NCBI GenBank assembly: GCA_022711495.1
Contig: JAKLEX010000001.1
Coordinates: forward strand, 502,882-554,705
Length of the DNA stretch: 51,824 nt
Direction: 5' to 3'
Source: Patescibacteria group bacterium
GTDB lineage: Bacteria > Patescibacteriota > Minisyncoccia > Phycocordibacterales > JAACPR01
Shown piece after piece: positions 11,449-20,992 of this stretch; position 1 is the first letter of the stretch, and each line of letters begins with the position of its first letter. The notes beneath the pieces are model-generated. The model was not told where the DNA came from. It was given only the letters and a program-made list of their open reading frames with translations, and made no database searches. The position numbers and the translations under genes were made by a program.

Positions 11449-11541
11449 AGTTAGTATAGCAGACGTTTATAAAAAGCGCAAGTGGATAACAATTTGGGGA
11501 ATTTCCAAGGAACAATCGCCGCAAATCTGGAAAAGTTGAAC

Positions 11542-13701
11542 CTAGATTTGGCCCGCCTCAACATTTTGCCTCATCTCTAGCAACTGGTACTGATAATTTG
11601 GAAACTTAAGAAGTGCTTCGTCCAAAATCAAAAGGGCTTTTTCTTTATCGCCAATACGATTATAGAAGGCCGACAGAGAGATTAGGACCTGCACGTTATC
11701 CGGTTGTTTTTCTATATTGTATTTAAGAAAGCTGATTACTTTTTCGGTATCACCTTGTTCAACCGCCTCATCAATTATTTCACCGAAAAGTTCTTTATCC
11801 GTGACAGCGGCCGCTCTGATGTATTCAAACCAGAGGTCGTCTTTGCTAGTGTCCAAATTATAGGTCTCTTTTGCCAAAGCCAGAGCTTTATCGTTTTGTC
11901 CCGATTGTAAATAAACGCGAATCAAAGGAATTCTTATGGCCTGTTTGTTCGGAGAAATTCTTATCGTCTCAAGCAATTCTTTTTCGGCATTTTCCAGATC
12001 GCCAGTTAAGGCATAAAAGGTTCCCAACAGATAAGTGATTTTAGAGTCTCCGGGTGTTTCAGAAATTTGTGCTTGCAATTCCGAAATTGTTTCTTTAATA
12101 AAGTCGCTCTTCACCTGATTGGCGGAATCATCTTTTATATTCAAGATTGTCTCAATTGACATGGCCATTCGTTGACGAATTTCTGGATTTCCGAAAGTAT
12201 TTCTGGATATAGCGTGCTTGAACAGATTAAGATTTTCATTCAATCCTTCGGCATGATAGTAAGTATAAGTCTCGCCGGCAGGAGAAGAAACTTTTTTTAC
12301 CAAGCGCATGGCGCTCACCAATTCCCTGTTAGCGGTGTAGCTCGGATAATTTATAAAATAGGCTGATACCGGTATGGCCAAGATCGCCAACCCAATAAGC
12401 GAGCCGGTAATAATTTTTGGTGAATTAAACTGAAAGAGCTTTACATCAGAACTATTTGTTGAGTGAACATAAGCCAGAATCAAGAAAAAGAAAATATAGC
12501 TGACTAAATGGTCAAAGACAAATAGATTATGAAAAAAGTAAGCCGCGAGGAGACCAGATAGAATGCTTTTATCAAGACGGCTAAACGTAGAAGTTTTATT
12601 CCAAATCAAATAAACAAGGGATAGTAAGATGAAGAGATAGAAGACCAGACCAAGAACGCCTCCGGCGATCAACCAATCAAGGACGATGTTGTGGGTTCTA
12701 TCAAACCAAGCTTCATTGCCGTGCATCTCCGGCAAATAATATTTGTCAAAGGCCAAATCATAATTATTTTGTCCCCAACCTAAAATCGGCCTTTCTTTAA
12801 AACCAGACCAGGCGATTTGCCAGTTTATCAAACGGGCTTGAGCCGTTCCTTCACTTAGAGAAATGCTGGCAATTCTATTGAGAGCATAATTATTACGAAC
12901 AAAACTCGTGTCCTTTGCAAACCAGAAAGAAGCGGTGGCCGCGACAATCACCAGTAATCCGCCAATGGCAAATGATCTTATCTTTTTATTTCCCCAGTGA
13001 GTAAAAATAACGACAAGAGCGGTTAGCGACAGGCCACCAACTAGACCAAGAACGGCTCCGCGAGTACCGGTCTTAAACAAAATGAAAGTATTAACGAAAA
13101 TGACTGCCCAATAAAGATAATAAAACCACCTTTTATAGTTTATCCGCGATAAATAGAACAGAGAAAGAAAGATATGAAACAACATGTAAACGGCCAAATA
13201 GATAGGATTCCCGAGAGTCAAATCAACTCGGCTGATCTCGTCACTGCCTAATAATTGTTTCAAAGCCAAAAGAGCCAAAACAAAACTGGCAAAAATTGAT
13301 ATGTTAAAAATCCACGCCCACTGCCGTTCCCCTTTTAAGACTGAGCCAGCCACTAAAAATAGACAAAATAAGTGGGCCAAGGTCACGTATCCTTCCATTC
13401 TTTCAAAGTTGCTCCAGAAACTGGCGGTTTGATTCGCCCCAAAATAGTTAGAGACAAAGATACTGACTAAAAAGACTATCAATCCATATAAAATCAAGCT
13501 TTTCTTTGGACGATATTCTTTATTTAACACTGCCAAAATAAGCCAAAGGAAAAAGATTATTTCCACAATGATGCGAAAGAAATAGGCCTTACCGGTTATG
13601 TAAGGGAAAAAGAGACTATTGGCCACGATAAAGGGAGTAAACAACAGCGCGGCGATTCCACAAAAAATCGTGTATTTCAGGACCTTATCAATATTTGTCA
13701 T
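11542..13701 (-). CDS. O-antigen ligase / O-oligosaccharyltransferase-like (Wzy_C) protein with C-terminal TPRs
   Basis: Multi-TM; TLGNPIYLA, TGTRGA, RPILGWGQNNY, DRTHNIVLDWL motifs; TPR-like C-terminus. Confidence 0.85.
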   Translation of the reverse strand: MTNIDKVLKYTIFCGIAALLFTPFIVANSLFFPYITGKAYFFRIIVEIIFFLWLILAVLNKEYRPKKSLILYGLIVFLVSIFVSNYFGANQTASFWSNFERMEGYVTLAHLFCLFLVAGSVLKGERQWAWIFNISIFASFVLALLALKQLLGSDEISRVDLTLGNPIYLAVYMLFHIFLSLFYLSRINYKRWFYYLYWAVIFVNTFILFKTGTRGAVLGLVGGLSLTALVVIFTHWGNKKIRSFAIGGLLVIVAATASFWFAKDTSFVRNNYALNRIASISLSEGTAQARLINWQIAWSGFKERPILGWGQNNYDLAFDKYYLPEMHGNEAWFDRTHNIVLDWLIAGGVLGLVFYLFILLSLVYLIWNKTSTFSRLDKSILSGLLAAYFFHNLFVFDHLVSYIFFFLILAYVHSTNSSDVKLFQFNSPKIITGSLIGLAILAIPVSAYFINYPSYTANRELVSAMRLVKKVSSPAGETYTYYHAEGLNENLNLFKHAISRNTFGNPEIRQRMAMSIETILNIKDDSANQVKSDFIKETISELQAQISETPGDSKITYLLGTFYALTGDLENAEKELLETIRISPNKQAIRIPLIRVYLQSGQNDKALALAKETYNLDTSKDDLWFEYIRAAAVTDKELFGEIIDEAVEQGDTEKVISFLKYNIEKQPDNVQVLISLSAFYNRIGDKEKALLILDEALLKFPNYQYQLLEMRQNVEAGQI

Positions 13702-13772
13702 ATACGGAAAGAATATAACAGAAATAGTGGCAAAGAGCGAGAAATAATATAAGATTAACTTTGTATAAAATA

Positions 13773-15077
13773 ATGTTAGACCGACTTAAATATAATATTC
13801 TGGAAAAAATACGGGGGCTGGATAAGCACACAAAAACCGACACGGTATACCTATTTAGTGGCGGATTTTGGTTCGGATTAAATCAATTGGTTAACAGCCT
13901 ATCGGCCTTGGTCTTAGCAATTATCCTGGGAAACTTTCTCAAGCCGGAAATATACGGTAACTATAAATTTATAATATCGGCATCCAGTGTCTTTTTGGTC
14001 ACTTCGCTAAATTGGATGTCCGCGGCGATAATTCCGTCAATCGCTCGCGGTTTTGAAAAGACAGTTATTCGGGCGACGTCAACCAGAATAAGATACGGAT
14101 TCCTGGGGACGATACTGGGATTGGCGTTAGGAAGTTTTTATTGGGCATCTGGTAATCAATATCTTGGAATCGGTTTGATATTGATGTCTCTTTTTATTCC
14201 CTTCATAGATTCCTTTGGGCTATACGAAAGCTATCTCCAGGGCAAGAAACTTTTCAAGGCTTTTGTCTTATACAGATCAGCCAGCAGGATCATCTCAATG
14301 TGTTCAATAATTGCGACGGTCTTGGTCACTGATAATCTTTGGCTAATATTGCTATCATATTTTTTGCCAATAACCCTGATCAGATTAATATTTGATATAT
14401 TCTCACTAATAAAATATCCACCAAACGATCGCGAGGACATCAACGCCATCAACATTGGCAAACATTTAAGTTTCTCCGGGGCGTTGGCCACTCTCGCCAC
14501 TTATTTGGACAGCATTATTACCTTTTACCTCTTGGGCCCGTTGGCGGTGGCCATTTACAGTTTCGCCCTAGCGCCAATTGAACAAATCAGGGGGTTCTTA
14601 AAATTTATTCCGGCTATCGCAGTGCCGAAATTCTCAAACAAAAGTATCGGCGAAATAAACGTCCAGTTAAAAAGCCGCGCTCTCAAAGGAATCGTGGTGG
14701 GAATAATTTTCACCTTAATTTATGTGGCGCTAATTCCTCTGGTATTTAGATTGGTTCTTCCCAAGTATTTTTCTTCAATAATATTTTCACAATCTTTAGC
14801 CGTCCTTTTGGTCTTCTATCTACCAAACCTACTTTTTAATTCGGCCTTGAATTCTAAATTTGATGAGACGCCAAAGAAGTGGCTATATTGGAGAAATTTG
14901 CCATATATCATTCTCATAATCTGCTTGATAATCCTCGTCCCGAAATTGGGTCTTTGGGGAGTGGTCACAAGTAAAATAATCTATTCAATCGCCAGTTTAT
15001 TGACAAGCGCTATACAGTGGAAAATGTTGTCGGCAAGACAAAGAGGTCTGTCGCAAGTCAATTCTTCCGCGCAATAA
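13773..15077 (+). CDS. wzx: Wzx-family oligosaccharide flippase
   Basis: About 12 TM helices, LKPEIYGNYKF motif, LGLWGVV C-terminal motif; embedded in a GT cluster. Confidence 0.8.
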   Translation: MLDRLKYNILEKIRGLDKHTKTDTVYLFSGGFWFGLNQLVNSLSALVLAIILGNFLKPEIYGNYKFIISASSVFLVTSLNWMSAAIIPSIARGFEKTVIRATSTRIRYGFLGTILGLALGSFYWASGNQYLGIGLILMSLFIPFIDSFGLYESYLQGKKLFKAFVLYRSASRIISMCSIIATVLVTDNLWLILLSYFLPITLIRLIFDIFSLIKYPPNDREDINAINIGKHLSFSGALATLATYLDSIITFYLLGPLAVAIYSFALAPIEQIRGFLKFIPAIAVPKFSNKSIGEINVQLKSRALKGIVVGIIFTLIYVALIPLVFRLVLPKYFSSIIFSQSLAVLLVFYLPNLLFNSALNSKFDETPKKWLYWRNLPYIILIICLIILVPKLGLWGVVTSKIIYSIASLLTSAIQWKMLSARQRGLSQVNSSAQ

Positions 15078-15690
15078 CAAAATATCCTAAAGGAACTTTT
15101 TCTCGCAATTTCTTATAACTCTTAAAGAGTGATAAGGCCTTATCAAAGAAGATGAATACTTTTTTGATGAAAGTTCGTAAAAAACCCGGGCGAATTGAGC
15201 CGCCTATCGTTTGAAAGATAATTGAGAAAAGCCCATAGCCCAACGGTTTTATCTCTTCAACAGAGAAGCCGGAGTCGTCTAATAAACGACTTAGTGCCGA
15301 ATTAGTGTATCTGAAATAATCTCCCGGCGACCCGTGAACATGATGAATAAAAGGCGTAGCAAAGATAAACTTTCCTCCCTCTTTCAAAATTCGCGCAGTT
15401 TCTGCGAAGACATTGTGAAAACCATAAATATGTTCCAGGACATTAAAGCAGATGACGTGATCATAAGCACTGTCATTGATCGGGAATCTTTTTTGAATAT
15501 CAAATATCAAATCGCAACCGTAATCTGGATTGATATTGGCCGTGTCTATTTTGTGGCTACCCCTGATTAATTCCTGGTAGCCAGATTTTTTACTGCCACC
15601 CAAATCCAAAATGTCGCCGTCTAAATCCAATTTCGCGATCTCGCGATATTCTAATTCTCTGATTATTGAATGTTTTCCAAAATTATTCAT
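15058..15690 (-). CDS. Class I SAM-dependent methyltransferase
   Basis: ILDLGG motif I, YDHVICFNVLEH, HGSPGDYFRYT. Confidence 0.85.
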   Translation of the reverse strand: MNNFGKHSIIRELEYREIAKLDLDGDILDLGGSKKSGYQELIRGSHKIDTANINPDYGCDLIFDIQKRFPINDSAYDHVICFNVLEHIYGFHNVFAETARILKEGGKFIFATPFIHHVHGSPGDYFRYTNSALSRLLDDSGFSVEEIKPLGYGLFSIIFQTIGGSIRPGFLRTFIKKVFIFFDKALSLFKSYKKLREKVPLGYFVIARKN

Positions 15691-15696
15691 GATTAG

Positions 15697-16509
15697 TTAA
15701 AATTTACGGCTTGCCCTGACAATAAAACGCTGTTCATTGTGTAATTTCTTAAAAGAGCAGTCAAAACCATTGTCGGCGAAAAGGCGGCGGAAGTCTTCAA
15801 TCTTCTGAGACAAAAGATCCAGGTGAATTTCCCCGATGAAAAATTTGCATTTAGAAAAGTTTTTGAAATCTTTCAACAGAGAATATTCCGATCCCTCAAT
15901 ATCAAATTTCACGATATCAATGTGATCTACATTGAGCTCCCGAATCACGCTGTCCAACTTTTTGATTGCTACCGGAATTTTGATCTGGTTGCTAGGCCTG
16001 TGTATCAGTGATCCCGACATACTGCTCTTATCGGAAGAATAAAACTCTCTGGCGCCATCGATATCGCCCAACGCAAAATTGAAGATTTTTATGTCCGAAA
16101 ATTGTTCAGAATTCTTTTTTAGAACCTCAAAAGTGTCAGGCGCCGGCTCAAAAGCAAATATTTTCGCACGAGGATATTTCAACTTAAAATAGATTGAGGC
16201 CAACCCGATGTTTGACCCTATGTCTAGAATAATTTCACCATCTTTCACGTCGGTGTTGTATTCTTGGTCGATAAATATTTCTTTTAGAACGGCAATATCA
16301 GAGCCCGAACCGAGAAAAAGTTTGAAGGTCTGACCCCCAAAATTTATCTTAAAAGACATCTCCGCCCTCTTGTTTATTCCAAAAATGCGTAACAAACGAA
16401 GCGCGACCAAGAGCACGACCATTTTAAATCTATTGTAAAGCCCGTGGCACAATTTAATGATTTTTATCTTGCGTTTTATTTTGTCTTTTATGCGGCTGAA
16501 CATCTTCAA
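15697..16509 (-). CDS. FkbM-family methyltransferase
   Basis: ILDIGSNIG, IFAFEP, IVKFDIEGSE motifs. Confidence 0.88.
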   Translation of the reverse strand: MKMFSRIKDKIKRKIKIIKLCHGLYNRFKMVVLLVALRLLRIFGINKRAEMSFKINFGGQTFKLFLGSGSDIAVLKEIFIDQEYNTDVKDGEIILDIGSNIGLASIYFKLKYPRAKIFAFEPAPDTFEVLKKNSEQFSDIKIFNFALGDIDGAREFYSSDKSSMSGSLIHRPSNQIKIPVAIKKLDSVIRELNVDHIDIVKFDIEGSEYSLLKDFKNFSKCKFFIGEIHLDLLSQKIEDFRRLFADNGFDCSFKKLHNEQRFIVRASRKF

Positions 16510-17549
16510 TTAGATAGGAGATATTGTATCTTATCCACAAGTCTATTTAAACTATGGCGCGCCGCGATCTCCGACATCTGATTTGATAACTCACGATATT
16601 TTACGGCATCAAGAGCCAGAACTTTCTTTATTTTATCGGCGAGAGCAACTGGATCGCGAGGCGGAAACAACAAAAATTTACAATTCTCGTCGTAAATCTC
16701 ATCGACAGACTCGTTACAAGTCACGACGGGAAGACCAACAGACATCGCTTCCAAGATGGTTTTATCCAAACTGCCAGTCAGGCTGGTATTGACGAATAAT
16801 TTAGCCATCTTCAGACAAGATGCCAGTTTGTCATTGACGACCGGATCAATAAAACTAAAATTGTCATCAAGCCCAAGATTTGATATTTCCGATTTCAAAT
16901 TTCCCAAATATTTCTTGTCTCTATCGGTTGATACCGGGCCGATGATATCTACTTTAAGATTAGTTCCGGGTTTGGCCAAAATTTCAATCGCCCTCACCAG
17001 GGTTTCATAATTCTTAATTTGAGAAATGCGGCCAACGGAAATTAGGCGGTCGTTATTGGCAGAAGTATCGGATTTAGGAAACAAGGAACTGTCTATGCCC
17101 TGGCCGATAATATTTTTCTTGCGACTGGCAATCCGAAAACCGCTAGATGTGGAAGTGAAAATCAAATCCGCCAATAACGTCGCCAAGCGGAGGCTCATTG
17201 GAACTTTGCCGTGAGCATACCAAAGTCCAATTTTTTTTCGTAGCAATCTCCAGGCCAAACCGCCCAGAATAACGTATATTTGGTTCATGTGAACAAAAAC
17301 CGAATCGTAATTCTTTCTCTCGGTCCAAATATATTTATAAAACCGCCACAGATATTTAAGACGATTAACTGAATTTTCTTTGCCTAAAGATAAAACCTTA
17401 ACTGTGTTTGGCAGATCCACTTCGCCCTTTTTAAGACAAATGACTGTAACTTTTTCAAACTTTTTTGAAAATTCTAAAACCCAGCGATGAAAAAAACCGA
17501 GTATGGGATCTTTCTTATCTAAAATTTGAGTGACAATTAGTATGTTCAT
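16506..17549 (-). CDS. Glycosyltransferase family 4
   Basis: SVGRISQIKN, TGSLDKTILEAMSVG. Likely start is MNILIVTQ at 17549. Confidence 0.88.
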   Translation of the reverse strand: MNILIVTQILDKKDPILGFFHRWVLEFSKKFEKVTVICLKKGEVDLPNTVKVLSLGKENSVNRLKYLWRFYKYIWTERKNYDSVFVHMNQIYVILGGLAWRLLRKKIGLWYAHGKVPMSLRLATLLADLIFTSTSSGFRIASRKKNIIGQGIDSSLFPKSDTSANNDRLISVGRISQIKNYETLVRAIEILAKPGTNLKVDIIGPVSTDRDKKYLGNLKSEISNLGLDDNFSFIDPVVNDKLASCLKMAKLFVNTSLTGSLDKTILEAMSVGLPVVTCNESVDEIYDENCKFLLFPPRDPVALADKIKKVLALDAVKYRELSNQMSEIAARHSLNRLVDKIQYLLSN

Positions 17550-17562
17550 GGATTTATAAAAT

Positions 17563-18675
17563 TCATTGTATAGACGAGTCACTTCGTAGGCAATATCCCA
17601 AACCATCTTTATATTTATCAAGATAAGTTTTTTCATCAGGAACTGTTTTCAAAATAGCGGCTCTGGCGTTATCGACAAGAGCGTTCCTGAGGGACTCATC
17701 TTTTACGATTTTTTCTATTGATGAGGCCAGGCAATCAATATCATCACAAGAACACGTCAAGACTGCTTTACCTGGCTCTAGTATCTCCCCGACAATCCCA
17801 ACATCTGTCGTGACAATGGGGACACCAAGAGCCGCCGCCTCTGCCAGAACCAAAGAATAGCCCTCGTAATAAGACAGCACCAAAACAATATCTGCCCCCT
17901 TGATAAAAGGACGAGCGTTCGGAACTTTTCCGGCAAAGACAACGTTACCGGACAAATTATATCTTCGAACAAATTTCTCCAGCCCCCCTCGTAAACTACC
18001 GTCTCCGACCAAGACAAGACCAGCTTGCGGACATCTCTTTATAACCTCGCGCAACACCTTCAACGAAGCAATCACGTTTTTCTCCTTTTCAAACCTGGCG
18101 ACAGTTACGATGGCGGGATGAAATTCGGCGAAACTTTTCGGTCGGACAAATTGGACATCAGAAAGATCGGCCCTTATCGGCAAAACGCTTATTTTACTCG
18201 CCGGGACGTTGTAATCTCTAATCAAAATCGCCTTGATTTTTTCCGAGACCACACGAACGCCGGAGGCTCGAGAGAAGACAAATTTGGCGATAGCCGCTCG
18301 AATCTTATTAATTATCTTCTTTCTCCAAAATAGTGAGCCAATATCAGTATGCAGTTGAACTTGGAATGGAGTGCCAGAAAGAGCTGCCACCAGAGAAAGC
18401 TCAAACGGATCTTGAGCAGAAATCACTAAACCGTCGCGACCTTGATTTTTAATTATCCTTTTTATCAGGAAAAACGCCCTAAACATCTGAAAAATTTTGT
18501 TAACGCCGCCGGTACCGTAAAAATGTATCCCGTCAGAATTAAAAAGCATCTTCCTACTGGCCAAAATAACAACATGAAAAGAATCAAACATCTTTCCGTA
18601 AGAAATCATTCTCTTGTAAGTGGAAGAGTTTTTGTCTAGGGCTTTTATGTCCGTGCCTAAATTAATAACTTTCAT
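17563..18675 (-). CDS. Glycosyltransferase family 4
   Basis: VARFEKEKN, YEGYSLVLAEAAALGVPIVTTDVG (ExxxxxxxE motif). Confidence 0.9.
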   Translation of the reverse strand: MKVINLGTDIKALDKNSSTYKRMISYGKMFDSFHVVILASRKMLFNSDGIHFYGTGGVNKIFQMFRAFFLIKRIIKNQGRDGLVISAQDPFELSLVAALSGTPFQVQLHTDIGSLFWRKKIINKIRAAIAKFVFSRASGVRVVSEKIKAILIRDYNVPASKISVLPIRADLSDVQFVRPKSFAEFHPAIVTVARFEKEKNVIASLKVLREVIKRCPQAGLVLVGDGSLRGGLEKFVRRYNLSGNVVFAGKVPNARPFIKGADIVLVLSYYEGYSLVLAEAAALGVPIVTTDVGIVGEILEPGKAVLTCSCDDIDCLASSIEKIVKDESLRNALVDNARAAILKTVPDEKTYLDKYKDGLGYCLRSDSSIQ

Positions 18676-18677
18676 AA

Positions 18678-19790
18678 TTATTTTTGCGCGTTTTCTTTTA
18701 AAAAATTTGCCACGGCATTGACGGTCTTTTCCTTAGTAAATTTAGCGGAAGTTTTTAATCCATTGGCGATAATTCTGTTTCTAAGACTCTCATCGGCCAA
18801 AATCTTATCAATCGAAGCGCGCAAGGCCTCAGCATCGTCATAATTGACCAGAAGACCATTAATCTCGTTTTCAATTATCTCCGGATTGCCACCGACATTG
18901 GTCGTGACTACCGGCGTCCCCAGAGACAAAACTTCCAAAATAATATGCGATAGGCCCTCATAATTAGTATTCAAAACAAAGACGTCGGCGGCCGCCATAT
19001 ATTCAGATAATTCTCTTTTGTTCAAATCACCCAAAAAAGATACGCGGTTGTTTATTTTATAGTCGTCTACAAGTTTTTTGAGATTCTCTTCTTCCGGGCC
19101 ACTTCCGGCAATAAATAATTTATAATCCTGAGCCATGTCTTTAACGAGAGTAATCAGCGTTCTGAAACCTTTCCATTTAACAAACCGACCGGCGGTTATC
19201 ACAACTTTTCCCGTTAGGCCTAGCTTTTGGTGAAGTTCATTTTTATCAAGATTTTTAGAGACATCGTCTCCATAAGAATTGTAAATTGTGACTATTTTTT
19301 CCGGATTTACGCCCCAATTGGAAACAATTCCGGCAAGATACCGACTCGGGACAACAACCTTCGCCGCGCCGCGAGCTACCAGGCCTTGGACAAATTTTAA
19401 TAGGCGCACCGGCAAACGATAATTATTTTTTTTGACAAAATCATCCAAAACATCGGTTACGCCGAACCGCGCGACCCCCTGTTCCCAAGCGTAATCACCG
19501 CCGACTCTTAAAATTAATTTGCGTCCGGAAATTTTTGAAACGATCAGCGCGGGAAGACCGACCGAAACCGGATCAAGAGTGTAAATAACGTCACCGGATT
19601 TTCTTAATCTAAATAATCTCCAAGCATAAACAATATGGCGAATTATCTTCGGCAGAGGGCGAACCAAATCAAAACTTAGAACAGTGACATCAATCCCGCG
19701 CTTCGGCAATTCCGTTTCAACAAGGCGAGCGTGGGTCGCTGGACCACCGATGGAGGGTGGATATATGCCGGTGGCGACTAGAATTTTCAT
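18678..19790 (-). CDS. Glycosyltransferase family 4
   Basis: YPPSIGGP, AGRFVKWKG, YEGLSHIILEVLSLG. Confidence 0.9.
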   Translation of the reverse strand: MKILVATGIYPPSIGGPATHARLVETELPKRGIDVTVLSFDLVRPLPKIIRHIVYAWRLFRLRKSGDVIYTLDPVSVGLPALIVSKISGRKLILRVGGDYAWEQGVARFGVTDVLDDFVKKNNYRLPVRLLKFVQGLVARGAAKVVVPSRYLAGIVSNWGVNPEKIVTIYNSYGDDVSKNLDKNELHQKLGLTGKVVITAGRFVKWKGFRTLITLVKDMAQDYKLFIAGSGPEEENLKKLVDDYKINNRVSFLGDLNKRELSEYMAAADVFVLNTNYEGLSHIILEVLSLGTPVVTTNVGGNPEIIENEINGLLVNYDDAEALRASIDKILADESLRNRIIANGLKTSAKFTKEKTVNAVANFLKENAQK

Positions 19791-20992
19791 ATGGTCACTT
19801 TAACAGAATTAAAAATTTCATCCATCTTTTGGGCGATAATGTTCCAATCGTATTTTTTTGAAACCATTTCAAAACCGTTTTTAACCAAATCCAAGCGCAG
19901 CTTTTCATCGTTTAGCAAGATATCAATTTTGGAAGCTAAATCGCGTGGGTCGCCCGGTTGAGCGAGCAGCCCGGTTTTTCTGTCCACAACAATATCCACG
20001 ATACCGCCAACTGGAGTCGCCGCCACCGGCAATTTGCTGGCCATGGCTTCCAAAAAAACATTTCCCAGCCCTTCCGACAAAGATGGGCGGCAAAAAATAT
20101 CGGCCACGGCAAAATATTGAACCAAATCATCATGAGTTACTTGCCCCTTAAAAATTACTCTTTCGAACAGACCAAGATTTTCTGTAACTCTCTTTAAATT
20201 ATCTTCAAGTGGACCTGCTCCCAAAATCAACAGTTTGACATTGGTCGGCAGAAAAACGAGGGAGCGGATCAGGTCTTCAATTCCATTTTTGTTTACTAGA
20301 CGCGAAGCGGTTATTATAATTTTTTCACTGCCAGAGACGCCCAATTCAGAGAGAATTTGTGGACTTTTTTCAGATTTCGCCAGAGAAAATTTCTCAACAT
20401 CAACCCCGTTCGGCACAACCACTATTTTGCTTCCACCCATTTTTTGGGCAAAACCGGCTAAGAAATTGGATATTGGCTGAACAACATCAGCTGAAGAAAA
20501 TATTTTTCTGTACATCGGCAAAATATAACGGACCTTTCTTTCAATTGATTCCGGCGAATTCCCTTCTTGAACAGATAAAACCAGTGGAGTTTTTTTTGAA
20601 ATCATCTTCAGAAACATCCCGGCAAAACCAGCCTGATTGGCCATCATTGACCAAATCAAATCATATTTATTTTTTCTATGCAGTTTCCAGGCTCGCCAAA
20701 ATATGGAAAATGGCGCCAGAATTTTGGCCAACTTGACGACAAGCGGAAGTTCTCCGGGAGTCGCGCCTTTAGCCGATAAACCAACCCGAAAAATATTGAC
20801 TGAACCCAGTTTCTCGCTGGAAGCCAAATTTTTATCAAACCGAAGAGTCACCATATCAAATTCGTACTTGTCGCCCAGACGATCGGTGATTTCCTTTAGG
20901 GCCACTTCCGCGCCGCCAACAAATTTTGGGAAATAAGCTATAGATAAAATTAGTACTTTTTTCTTTCTCGGATCCATATTATTCAATTCCAA
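19787..20992 (-). CDS. Glycosyltransferase family 4
   Basis: FVGGAE, SRLVNKNG, SEGLGNVFLEAMAS. Confidence 0.9.
   Translation of the reverse strand: MELNNMDPRKKKVLILSIAYFPKFVGGAEVALKEITDRLGDKYEFDMVTLRFDKNLASSEKLGSVNIFRVGLSAKGATPGELPLVVKLAKILAPFSIFWRAWKLHRKNKYDLIWSMMANQAGFAGMFLKMISKKTPLVLSVQEGNSPESIERKVRYILPMYRKIFSSADVVQPISNFLAGFAQKMGGSKIVVVPNGVDVEKFSLAKSEKSPQILSELGVSGSEKIIITASRLVNKNGIEDLIRSLVFLPTNVKLLILGAGPLEDNLKRVTENLGLFERVIFKGQVTHDDLVQYFAVADIFCRPSLSEGLGNVFLEAMASKLPVAATPVGGIVDIVVDRKTGLLAQPGDPRDLASKIDILLNDEKLRLDLVKNGFEMVSKKYDWNIIAQKMDEIFNSVKVTI

Noticed and set aside
11040-11500. Replication origin (DnaA boxes plus AT-rich palindrome)
   Set aside because: Only one perfect and one near box about 400 bp apart, no dnaA/dnaN nearby and no switch in gene strand bias. 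Similar 9-mers also occur at 16531 and 31551.
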